Below, piece after piece: positions 39,984 to 47,954 of a DNA stretch of 64,000 bases. The first letter of the stretch is position 1. Each line of letters begins with the position of its first letter. The notes below the pieces were generated by a model. The model did no database searches. It saw only the letters and a list, made by a program, of their open reading frames with translations, and was not told the origin of the DNA. The stretch comes from Candidatus Eiseniibacteriota bacterium. Its GTDB lineage: Bacteria > Eisenbacteria > RBG-16-71-46 > JABDJR01. Where the stretch lies: positions 608,001 to 672,000 of the forward strand of contig CAVXKA010000003.1 of assembly GCA_963762255.1 (NCBI GenBank). Reading direction: 5' to 3'. The translations under genes and the position numbers were made by a program.

Positions 39984-41543
39984 TTATTGCACATAGGGCA
40001 CGGCTTTGATCCGCTCGCGATCCTCGTCCCCCGTCTCCCGCGCCTCCCCGGCCTCGCGCACCACCGGATGGGCCTTGGCGTACTCCGGCGCGAAGAGCGG
40101 GGTGAGCACGTCCCCCTCCATGTAGCCCGGCACCGCGAGCCCGGCCAGGTACATGAGGGTGGGGGTGATGTCGATGAGTCCCTGGCGTCCCTCGATGTGC
40201 CCCTTGCCGAACATCGGCCCCGACGCGATCAGGATCCCGTGGATCTCATGGTGCGCGCTGAACGAGAACGCGGGGGTGCCGAACGGCTCCTTGTCCCCCT
40301 CCTCGTTGATCAGGTAGTAGGGCGGCCGCGCCAGGAACACCAGATCGGGCGCCTTGTCCACGTAGCGTCCGCGATAGACGTCCTCGCGGCGCGCGCCGAA
40401 GAGCACCGGCGAGGCGCCTCCCTCCGGATCGCGCGCGGCCAGCACCCGCGCGAGGATGTCGTCCACGATGCGGTCGTGCTCCTCCTGCGTGATCGTGGTG
40501 TTGCGCTCGCGCCCCTGCACCGGCACGTAGAGAAGGGTCGCGTTGGTCTCGAGACTGTAGGCCGAGGTGATGGGCGGCTTGCCGTCCGTGGGGTTCCGCA
40601 GGAAGGACTGCGGGCGAAACGCGCGGTGCACGCCGCAGAAGCCGTGATCGGAGAGAACGATCACCGCCAGCTCGCGCCCCTCCTTGTCGGCCTGCGCCTG
40701 CGCCTGATCCACCAGCGCCCCCACCGCGGCGTCGAGTTCGCGGTAGAGCTTCCGGATGCTGTCTCCGAAGCGCGGCGCGAGGGCGGCGTCGTAGAAGGGA
40801 TGCTCCTTTTCCATGAATTTCCAGAAGAAATGCTGCATGCGGTCGGTGCCGGTGAAGACGACCCAGGTGAGATCGAGATCGGGGTGCTCCGCGCCAAGCC
40901 TCAGCGCGGTGTCGCGGCGGCGGTGGAACGTGTCGAGGATCTCCTCCTCCAGCGCGCCTTCCTCTCCTTCGATGAGGGCCTCGCCCATGCGGTCGAGCCG
41001 GTAGCCGCGCCGGTGCAGGTCCGCCTCCAGTTCCGGCGGATAGGCGTAGCCGGTCGTGTCGGGATGCGGCAGCCCCGCGATCATGAAACCGTTGACCGGA
41101 TCGGGGGGATCGGTCATCGGGATGTTCACGATGCCCACCTTCCGCCCTTCGTCGGAGAGGAGCGTCCAGAGCGCGGGCACGCGCCGACCTGCCGCGGTCT
41201 CGCTCAACGCAATCATCGAGTCGGGATCGAGCCGGAAGAAATCGTAGATGCCGTGCTGGCCCGGGTTCACGCCGGTGAAGGCGGTGGTCCAGGCCGGCGG
41301 CGACAGAGGCGGAATCACCGACTGGAGCGTCCCCCACGCGCCGCCGTCCCTGAGCGCCTTCATGCGCGGCAGGTACCCAGCCTCCATCCAGGGGGTCATG
41401 AGATCGAAGGTGGCGCCGTCCAGCCCGACGACGAGGATCTTGGGCGCGGGCTTCTCGCTACCGCCGCACCCGGCGGCAAGCACCAGCAAGATCAGCCCGA
41501 ACAGGGCAGTCGAAACGCGGCGATGATGCTTCATGATGTCCAC
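39984..41543 (-). CDS. Alkaline-phosphatase superfamily (type I phosphodiesterase/sulfatase-like) lipoprotein
   Basis: Lipobox AAGC; VGLDGATF, SPPAWTTAFTGVNPGQHGIYDF, DRMQHFFW, LSDHGF; paralog of 37416..39014. Confidence 0.85.
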   Translation of the reverse strand: MDIMKHHRRVSTALFGLILLVLAAGCGGSEKPAPKILVVGLDGATFDLMTPWMEAGYLPRMKALRDGGAWGTLQSVIPPLSPPAWTTAFTGVNPGQHGIYDFFRLDPDSMIALSETAAGRRVPALWTLLSDEGRKVGIVNIPMTDPPDPVNGFMIAGLPHPDTTGYAYPPELEADLHRRGYRLDRMGEALIEGEEGALEEEILDTFHRRRDTALRLGAEHPDLDLTWVVFTGTDRMQHFFWKFMEKEHPFYDAALAPRFGDSIRKLYRELDAAVGALVDQAQAQADKEGRELAVIVLSDHGFCGVHRAFRPQSFLRNPTDGKPPITSAYSLETNATLLYVPVQGRERNTTITQEEHDRIVDDILARVLAARDPEGGASPVLFGARREDVYRGRYVDKAPDLVFLARPPYYLINEEGDKEPFGTPAFSFSAHHEIHGILIASGPMFGKGHIEGRQGLIDITPTLMYLAGLAVPGYMEGDVLTPLFAPEYAKAHPVVREAGEARETGDEDRERIKAVPYVQ

Positions 41544-41570
41544 GGGGTTCGACGGGGTGATGAACGAGGC

Positions 41571-42311
41571 TCAGCGGTCGCCGTCGTAGAGTTCCTTGAC
41601 CGTGCCCCAGGTGGTCTTCTCCTGGATGCGCTGGGTGCAGGGGAGCCTCCCCTTCACGTCGCTGTCGTCCGAGAAGACCACGTAGCCGAGATTCTCCGGG
41701 GCGACATCGTGTTCCTTGTTCGTGCAGTCGGAGATCTTGCTGGTGGGCAGAGCGGCGGAGTAGGTCCCCTTGAACGGCGCGATCTGGAGTTTGTCTTCGC
41801 TGTAGGCGGTGAGGATGAAGAACCCCGCGATCGCGGTCACCCCGGTGCCGATGCCGGCCGGCTCCTCGCGTTCGCAGTCGCGTTTCAACTCCCACACGAT
41901 GCGGTTACCGTCCCCCGAGGTCCCCGGCCATCCGTCCTGGGGATAGTCCATGTACGCGCAGACCTGCCACGAGTCGATGTCCACCCCGGAGCGCAAGGCG
42001 TCGTCGTAGCGGAGCGAGCACTCGAGACCGAGCACCCCAAGCTGCGCATCCGCGTTGAACACCCCCAGGTAGGCCACGTACTCCACGTAGAACTCGCCCC
42101 GGGTGAGCGCCTCGGAGTCCCCGCACGAGAGCGGGGTGATCTTCGAACAGACGACCCGCCCCCCCTTCTCCTTGAGGTACATCCCGATTGCGGCGTCGCG
42201 GTTGTCCTGGGCGAAAACCCCCAAAGGGGCCAGCGCGAGGGCGAAAAGGGCGAGCGGCAGCGCCGCGACGAGGCGCGGCAGGAGGAATCTTGGGCGGTGA
42301 GGACGGTTCAT
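41571..42311 (-). CDS. Secreted Cys-rich protein, TWGxxKxxY-tail paralog 2 (most divergent)
   Basis: Signal peptide; SGVDIDSWQVCA, GNRIVW, IAGFFILTAYS; ends EKTTWGTVKELYDGDR. Confidence 0.8.
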   Translation of the reverse strand: MNRPHRPRFLLPRLVAALPLALFALALAPLGVFAQDNRDAAIGMYLKEKGGRVVCSKITPLSCGDSEALTRGEFYVEYVAYLGVFNADAQLGVLGLECSLRYDDALRSGVDIDSWQVCAYMDYPQDGWPGTSGDGNRIVWELKRDCEREEPAGIGTGVTAIAGFFILTAYSEDKLQIAPFKGTYSAALPTSKISDCTNKEHDVAPENLGYVVFSDDSDVKGRLPCTQRIQEKTTWGTVKELYDGDR

Positions 42312-42464
42312 GATCGGCAACCCCGGGTTAGCCACGGATGATGGATCTGTGCTCCTTGAGGGGCGGCGCCCCACGGAGGCTTGTACCCCCCGGCGCGGCG
42401 GGATTCTCCCGGAAGCTCCGGAGCGGCCCACTGTTCGTCATAAGTTTAGCAGAGGAACCGGGCG

Positions 42465-43196
42465 TCAGTACTGGGTCTTCACCTTGCCCCACGTGGTCTT
42501 CTGGACGGGGATAACCCAGCAGGGGTTGTAGCCCGGGTCCGTACCGAAGCCCACCCTACCCATAAGCCACGATTGGTTGGACCTCAGGTCGTACAGGGTG
42601 GTGGAGGCTTTGCAGTCCGCGACCCCCAGCTCCGGAATCGGCAGGTTCAGGTTCGGGGTGATCGCGAACACGTCCGGGCCGTAGGCGTACAGGTAGAACG
42701 CTCCAGCGACCGCATGGACGCCGTCAGGCCGGATGACGGTGCGCTGGCAGTTGGTGGTCATCACCCAGCAGATCCGGTTGCCGCCGCCGGAGATCGGCCA
42801 CTCGCAGGGAGGCAGGTCGGGCGGGCAGGTCGCGGCGCCGTTGGTGAACTCGAGGTCGGCGCAGAGCGTCCAACCGAACACGTCCACTCCGGAGCCCGTG
42901 GCGTTGTCGTACTGGATGCCGCAGGACATGCCGGCGATCCCGGGCGCCTCGAGGGCCATCGCGAGAACCAGGTACACGTCGGCGTTCACGCCGACGGGCC
43001 AGTGCGTGTTGTAGTACGAACAGGCGATCCTGGCGGCGTTGGGGCTCCACGTGGTGCAGATCGTCGTCGCCTCGGTCGTGTGGGCCTTGGCGTGGAGGGC
43101 GAACGCGCACTCCGGCTGGGTGCCGGCGAAGGTGCTGCCCACCATGAGAAGAGAGACTGCCGCGGTCAGAGCCGCGATCGTTAGCACCCGCTTCAT
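42465..43196 (-). CDS. Secreted Cys-rich protein, TWGxxKxxY-tail paralog 3
   Basis: AAGGAGG RBS; signal peptide; ends PVQKTTWGKVKTQY; close tandem copy of 43415..44158. Confidence 0.88.
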   Translation of the reverse strand: MKRVLTIAALTAAVSLLMVGSTFAGTQPECAFALHAKAHTTEATTICTTWSPNAARIACSYYNTHWPVGVNADVYLVLAMALEAPGIAGMSCGIQYDNATGSGVDVFGWTLCADLEFTNGAATCPPDLPPCEWPISGGGNRICWVMTTNCQRTVIRPDGVHAVAGAFYLYAYGPDVFAITPNLNLPIPELGVADCKASTTLYDLRSNQSWLMGRVGFGTDPGYNPCWVIPVQKTTWGKVKTQY

Positions 43197-43319
43197 AGAG
43201 GAGACCTCCTTCCGGAGAATCGCGTCGCTCCCGAAGAGACTCTCTTGCCTGCGGGACCAAGCTCCGGAAGAGTCATCAGCCGCCTACCCGGGGAGTCTCT
43301 CCAGACTCAGCGCCTACGC

Positions 43320-43328
43320 ATTATAGCA
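43320..43328 (-). promoter_or_regulatory. Extended -10 promoter for paralog 3
   Basis: TGCTATAAT on the minus strand just downstream of the paralog-4 terminator. Confidence 0.45.
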
Positions 43329-43355
43329 GGCGGAGCGGGAGACCGCCTCGGAGCC

Positions 43356-43387
43356 AAAAAAGAAGCGGCGGCCCGAAGGCCGCCGCT
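43356..43387 (-). terminator. Rho-independent terminator after paralog 4
   Basis: Minus strand AGCGGCGGCC-TTCG-GGCCGCCGCT followed by TCTTTTTT; C(UUCG)G tetraloop. Confidence 0.85.
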
Positions 43388-43414
43388 CCAAGATCCGAAG
43401 ATCCAGTGCCTGAA

Positions 43415-44158
43415 TTAGTACTGGGTCTTCACCTTGCCCCAGGTGGTCTCCTGGACCGTGATGGGGTCGCAGGGGTTGTAGCCAGGGTAGGTCTCGACGG
43501 GACCGAAGCCCACCGCACCCATACGCCACGTCGCGTCGCCGTTCGTGAGGTCGTACAGGGTGGTGGAGGCTTTGCAGTCCGCGACCGCCAGCTCCGGGAT
43601 CATCAGGTTCAGGTTCGGGGTGATCGCGAAGACGTCCGGACTGTAGGCGTACAGGTAGAACGCTCCGGCAACCGCATGGACGCCGTCCGGAGGGACGTCG
43701 GTCTTCTGGCAGTTGGTGGTCATCACCCAGGTGATCCGGTTTCCGCCGCCGGAGATCGGCCACTCGCAGGGAGGCAGGTCGGGCGGGCAGGTCAGGTTCC
43801 CGTTGGTGAACTCCAGGTCGGCGCAGAGCGTCCAACCGAACACGTCCACACCGGAGCCCCTGGCGTTGTCGTACAGGATGCCGCAGGACATGCCGGCGAG
43901 ACCGGGCGCCACGAGGCCCCGCGCGACGGTCAGGTACACGTCGGTGTTCAAGCCGACGGGCCAGTTCGTGTTGTAGTTCGAACAGGGGATCAGGGTGGCG
44001 TTGGGGCTCCACGTGGTGCAGATAATCGTCGCCTTGGTCGTGTGGGCCTTGGCGTGAAGGGCGAACACGCAATCCGGCTGGGTGCCGGCAAAGGTGCTGC
44101 CCACCATGAGAAGAGAGACTGCCGCGGTCAGAACCGCGATCGTTAGCACGCGCTTCAT
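43415..44158 (-). CDS. Secreted Cys-rich protein, TWGxxKxxY-tail paralog 4
   Basis: AAGGAGG RBS; signal peptide; 10 Cys; ends TVQETTWGKVKTQY. Confidence 0.88.
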   Translation of the reverse strand: MKRVLTIAVLTAAVSLLMVGSTFAGTQPDCVFALHAKAHTTKATIICTTWSPNATLIPCSNYNTNWPVGLNTDVYLTVARGLVAPGLAGMSCGILYDNARGSGVDVFGWTLCADLEFTNGNLTCPPDLPPCEWPISGGGNRITWVMTTNCQKTDVPPDGVHAVAGAFYLYAYSPDVFAITPNLNLMIPELAVADCKASTTLYDLTNGDATWRMGAVGFGPVETYPGYNPCDPITVQETTWGKVKTQY

Positions 44159-44397
44159 TGAGGAGACCTCCTTAGGGAGAATCGCATCGTTGCTAGAGAG
44201 ACTCTCGTACTGTCGGGACCCTCAGGCTGCTCCCCCGGGAGAGAATCGCCTGAGGCTGGTTTTCCGGGGTTGGGCCCCGCCGGAAGACCGGCGGGGCCTC
44301 GCCCCAGAAAGTTATCGGCCGCAGACCCCGGGTTCTTTTCCGGAGGCGGCACCTGCAGATTCTAGCAGGTGCCGGCCAGGTCGGACAAGGCCCTAAA

Positions 44398-45114
44398 TCA
44401 CGGGCAACCGACGAAACAGGACGCGCCGGCGCCGCTCTTGATGTACACGGTGATGACGCCCGCGTCGCCGAGGTCGATGCTGCCACCGTAGGGGGCGGAC
44501 AGGTCCGAGCACTTGGAGTAGGTGCCGGACTTGATGGCCGGCGCGTGGAACACGGCGTCAGCCAGAGAGACCGACATCCCGCCGGAAGTGCAGACCGGGC
44601 CGATCGGGTTGCCGGGGTTACCGGGATCGTCGTCGGTGGGGAGGTACCCGGAGCCGTTAACCGCGTCCGGGGAGTTCACTTCGCGCTGCGCGAGCACGAT
44701 GTCGTCGGCCTTGATTTCGGAAACGTAGAGGGTTCCGACGAACGCAGGCTCGACCACGCAGCCGCCGCCGGCGATCTGGAAGACCGCGGTGCCGAGGCCG
44801 TCGGCAGCCTTGGCGTAGATGCGGGTCGGGCAGGTCTGGATCGGGATATCAGCCCCGCCGGGGACCGGGTCCGACCAGGCGATCAGAGCGGTGGCGTCTT
44901 CGCTGAACTCGATCGTCACGTAGGCACCGCCGACGCCGCCGAGGGCGCCATTGACCTGAACGGTCACGTTGACCACAGCGCCGCCGCCATCGGGAGCGAC
45001 GGTCACGAAGGTAGGAACGACACTAAGGGTGGCGTCGGGGATGTTGGCCACCGCCGGAACGGCGAGAGCCAGCACTGCCGCAGCCAGAGCGGACACGCGG
45101 AAGAAACGGTTCAT
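44398..45114 (-). CDS. Secreted hypothetical surface protein (Ig-like, with Ca-binding/dockerin-like motifs)
   Basis: GGAGG RBS; signal peptide ..AVPAVA-NIPD; NSPDAVNG, VSLAD, CSDL..IDLGD; 6 Cys; strongly biased codon usage. Confidence 0.8.
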   Translation of the reverse strand: MNRFFRVSALAAAVLALAVPAVANIPDATLSVVPTFVTVAPDGGGAVVNVTVQVNGALGGVGGAYVTIEFSEDATALIAWSDPVPGGADIPIQTCPTRIYAKAADGLGTAVFQIAGGGCVVEPAFVGTLYVSEIKADDIVLAQREVNSPDAVNGSGYLPTDDDPGNPGNPIGPVCTSGGMSVSLADAVFHAPAIKSGTYSKCSDLSAPYGGSIDLGDAGVITVYIKSGAGASCFVGCP

Positions 45115-45143
45115 GGATGCACCTCCGAGTCTGTTCTTGCGCT

Positions 45144-45295
45144 GCTGGTCCTGGAAGACCTCTGCAGGCGGTGTGTTTCTGAAGCTGACGTCGATTTGCC
45201 GGTCGGCGCCCGGGCCGTCCCGGGCGCCGAGAAGTCCGGCACGCCGGTCAATCCAGAGCCCCCGAGGCGTACCGCCTGAGGTCTTGCTGACCAGC
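45144..45295 (-). other. Long structured 5' leader (candidate cis-regulatory RNA)
   Basis: Nested complementary arms GCTGGTC/GACCAGC, AAGACCTC/GAGGTCTT, AGGCGGT/ACCGCCT enclosing hairpin TCGGCGCCCGGG/CCCGGGCGCCGA. Confidence 0.55.
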
Positions 45296-45316
45296 GGGGA
45301 TCTCCAGGCTGGGAAT

Positions 45317-45345
45317 AGTTTAAGTCTGGGTTATCGAATTGTCAA
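45317..45345 (-). promoter_or_regulatory. Sigma-70 promoter for the surface-protein gene(s)
   Basis: TTGACA-17 nt-TAAACT with an AT-rich upstream element. Confidence 0.7.
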
Positions 45346-45416
45346 GAAAACATGAAGTGCGGCGTGAAAATATATGTAACAGCCTGCCAGACAATAAATT
45401 AGCTCATTTTGCCAAG

Positions 45417-45493
45417 TGGTGGGCGAAACAGGATTCGAACCTGTGACTTCTTGCGTGTAAAGCAAGCGCTCTAACCAACTGAGCTATTCGCCC
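45417..45493 (-). tRNA. tRNA-Val(TAC)
   Basis: Reverse complement GGGCGAATAGCTCAGTTGGTTAGAGCGCTTGCTTTACACGCAAGAAGTCACAGGTTCGAATCCTGTTTCGCCCACCA; anticodon TAC; encoded CCA. Confidence 0.96.
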
Positions 45494-45735
45494 GAAGGGG
45501 AACTCTTGCGTCCGGTTGCCAGCCCGTACGGCACAAGGATGCAGTAGCCGAGCACGAGGAGGATGGGAGCGGCGGTGATGGAACCCCGGCTCAGGAGCAC
45601 GAACCCGATCAGGATCGACAGGAGGGCCGCCCCCAGGACAGCGTAGTTGCGCACCCCGAAGCTCAGGTCGGCGGACTCGCGCTCGGTACGACGTACGCTC
45701 TTGGCCGGCCGGGCCTTTGCCTTCATTTGATTCAC
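45484..45735 (-). CDS. Small membrane protein, DUF3098-like
   Basis: FGVRNY..LLSILIGFVLL..SITAAPILLVLGYCILVPYG; GGAGG RBS before GTG 45735; stop codon lies inside tRNA-Val. Confidence 0.75.
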   Translation of the reverse strand: MNQMKAKARPAKSVRRTERESADLSFGVRNYAVLGAALLSILIGFVLLSRGSITAAPILLVLGYCILVPYGLATGRKSSPSGE

Positions 45736-45749
45736 GCGATGGTTCCTCC

Positions 45750-46754
45750 CTAACGCGACGATGCGTCCTGCCGCAGCAAACGCGCGAGACGCCGGTTGCG
45801 TTGGTGCCCTTCGAAATCGGGCGCGAAGAGATGCGTCCCGTCTCCGCGGGCCACGAAATAGAGATCGCGGCACGCGTCGTCCGGCCACAGCACCGCCCGC
45901 AACGACTCCAGACCGGGGTTTCCGATCGGGCCGGGCGGCAGCCCGCCGATGCGGTACGTATTATAGGGCGACGGATGGGCCAGGTCCTCCAACAGAGTTC
46001 TTGGCCGCCGTTCTCCGATGGCGTAGATCACGGTGGGATCGGCCTGAAGGGGAAGCCCTCCTCGCAGGCGGTTCAAGTAGACCGCGGCGATTCGCGGGCG
46101 CTCCGCCGCCACACGAGCCTCCGCCTCCACGATCGAAGCCAGGGTCACGGTGTCGTTGAGCGAGAGTCCGCGCTCGTGGGCGCGCTCGGCGAGACCGCCG
46201 TCCCAGTGCCGGAAGAACTCCACGATCATCGTGCGCACCGCGGCACGCGCGGCGCTCCCCGGAATCAGGCGGTAGGTGTCGGGGAAGAGATATCCCTCCG
46301 CGCTCGTCCCCGGCACTCCCAACGCGCGCAGGAAGAGCATGTCGTGCGCCGCGGCAAGAAACGAATCTGCGCCCCCGGCCACCCAGGGCCCCAGGACCTG
46401 CGCGACCTCCGCCGTCCAGAGCCCCTCGGGTACCGTCACCGACGTGTCCTGCACGTCGCCGCGGGCGAGTCGCTGGAGGATCGTCCACGCCCATTCGTCC
46501 GACGTGGCGCGATAGGGGCCGGCCTTGAGCGAGGTGGATCGGCCGCTCACCACCGCAAGGAACATGAACGCTCTGCGCTCGCGAATGACACCGAGCCCCT
46601 GCAGGGATCCCGCGATCTCGTCGAGCCCCTCCCCCGGCATGACCACGAAGCTCACCGCGTAGGGCGACTGGGTGCGGACCGGCGCGACGAGCGCGACCAG
46701 GAACGCGAGGGCGCCGGCGGCGACGACGGCGAGCGCGATGCGAAGCCTACGCAC
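45750..46754 (-). CDS. mltG: Endolytic transglycosylase MltG
   Basis: VTVPEG, EGYLFPDTY, LASIVEAE, IAAVYLNRL, LQADPTVIY, SPYNTY..GLPPGPIGNPG, LYFVARGDGTH. Confidence 0.95.
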   Translation of the reverse strand: MRRLRIALAVVAAGALAFLVALVAPVRTQSPYAVSFVVMPGEGLDEIAGSLQGLGVIRERRAFMFLAVVSGRSTSLKAGPYRATSDEWAWTILQRLARGDVQDTSVTVPEGLWTAEVAQVLGPWVAGGADSFLAAAHDMLFLRALGVPGTSAEGYLFPDTYRLIPGSAARAAVRTMIVEFFRHWDGGLAERAHERGLSLNDTVTLASIVEAEARVAAERPRIAAVYLNRLRGGLPLQADPTVIYAIGERRPRTLLEDLAHPSPYNTYRIGGLPPGPIGNPGLESLRAVLWPDDACRDLYFVARGDGTHLFAPDFEGHQRNRRLARLLRQDASSR

Positions 46755-47169
46755 GACCGCTCCGTCCGGCTTCCATGAGGAACTCCTGGAGGAGGAGCAG
46801 CGCCGCCACCTGGTCCACGCGCCCGCTGACGGGGCGGGTCTCGCCGCGCTCGCGGAGCCAGCGGCGGGCGTCGTCCGAGGTAAGGCGTTCGTCCTGGAAC
46901 CGCACCGCGAGGCCCTGGGACTCGAGCGCGGCCCCCAGCGCGCGCGCGCGCGCGGCGGCGGGGCCCTCGGTGTCGTCCATGTTGAGAGGAAGGCCGATCA
47001 GCACGACCTCCGCCTCTTCGCGTCGCGCGGACCGCTCCACCTGGTCGCGCGCATCACGCGCGCTCTTCACGCTGAGGGTGGGGAGCGGGCGAGCCACAAG
47101 CCCGCTGGGGTCGCTCACCGCGACCCCGACCCGCCTCGTTCCCCAATCCACCGCGAGGATTCGGCTCAC
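46747..47169 (-). CDS. ruvX: YqgF/RuvX pre-16S rRNA nuclease
   Basis: ILAVDWGTRRVGVAVSD, GLPLNMD, DERLTS, VDQVAALLLLQ. Confidence 0.93.
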   Translation of the reverse strand: MSRILAVDWGTRRVGVAVSDPSGLVARPLPTLSVKSARDARDQVERSARREEAEVVLIGLPLNMDDTEGPAAARARALGAALESQGLAVRFQDERLTSDDARRWLRERGETRPVSGRVDQVAALLLLQEFLMEAGRSGRA

Positions 47170-47615
47170 CCAACCTCTCCGTCATCCCCGAGCGGTAGGC
47201 TGCGATGCTTGACCAGACGAACGCAGGTGCCGGCGGTGAAGTCGAACATCACCTCATCCATCATCGTGCGCATGATGTAGATGCCGCGGCCGCGGGTGGC
47301 GAGCAGATCCGGGGGAGGCAGCTCGCTGGCCAGGCTGGGATCGAAGCCGTGGCCCTCGTCTTCCACGATGACGATCAGGCTGTCCTTCTGCATCTCGAAA
47401 CTCAGCCGAACCATGCGCGTGCCGTCGGCGTGGTGGCCGTGCTGAATGGCGTTGGTGCAGGCCTCGATGACCGAGATGGCCACCGCGTCCCGGTCGAGGT
47501 CCTCGAACCCCATGAACTCGGTGATCCCGTCGGCGAGTTTGTCCACCACACCGAGCAGTTCCAACCGGCTGGGAATCTCGATTTGGATGAGAGCGTCCGT
47601 GCTGGGTTCCTTCAT
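47166..47615 (-). CDS. RsbW-like anti-sigma factor / ATP-binding kinase
   Basis: EACTNAIQHG, VEDEGHGFDP, RGRGIYIMRTMMDEV. Confidence 0.9.
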   Translation of the reverse strand: MKEPSTDALIQIEIPSRLELLGVVDKLADGITEFMGFEDLDRDAVAISVIEACTNAIQHGHHADGTRMVRLSFEMQKDSLIVIVEDEGHGFDPSLASELPPPDLLATRGRGIYIMRTMMDEVMFDFTAGTCVRLVKHRSLPLGDDGEVG

Positions 47616-47618
47616 GGG

Positions 47619-47954
47619 TCAGAAGCTGGCCAGTGCGCGGGTTTCATCTTCGAAGGTGTCGAAGATCGTGTTGAGCTTGGTCACCATGAAGATCTGATCG
47701 ATGCGTTTGTTCACGTGCACGAGCTTGAGCCGGCCGCCGGCGTTCTGCAGCGTGGTGTAGCCGGAGATGAGGATGCCGAGGCCGGTCGAGTTGACCCAGG
47801 ACACGTGCCCCAGGTCCACCAGCAGGTTCTTGCGCTCGGCGGCCAGGAGATCCTTGACATGTTTGCGGAACTCGTCGGCATCGGGGCCGCCCATGAGCTT
47901 CCCATCCAGGCGAAGGATGGTGACGTTGCCGTTGTCCTCGCGCTTGATCTTCAT
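47619..47954 (-). CDS. STAS-domain anti-sigma factor antagonist (RsbV-like)
   Basis: LDGKLMGG, VDLGHVSWVNSTGLGILI, IFMVTKL. Confidence 0.92.
   Translation of the reverse strand: MKIKREDNGNVTILRLDGKLMGGPDADEFRKHVKDLLAAERKNLLVDLGHVSWVNSTGLGILISGYTTLQNAGGRLKLVHVNKRIDQIFMVTKLNTIFDTFEDETRALASF

Noticed and set aside
39201-44158. Diversity-generating retroelement (template/variable repeat pair)
   Set aside because: No reverse transcriptase; the copies are full genes and their differences are not adenine-specific
45144-45295. c-di-GMP or other known riboswitch
   Set aside because: Lacks the GNRA tetraloop/receptor and conserved motifs I would expect; kept only as an unclassified structured leader
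45417-45493. tRNA-Val (or tRNA-Gln) as an integration site of a genomic island
   Set aside because: No integrase and no duplicated tRNA 3' end found by eye
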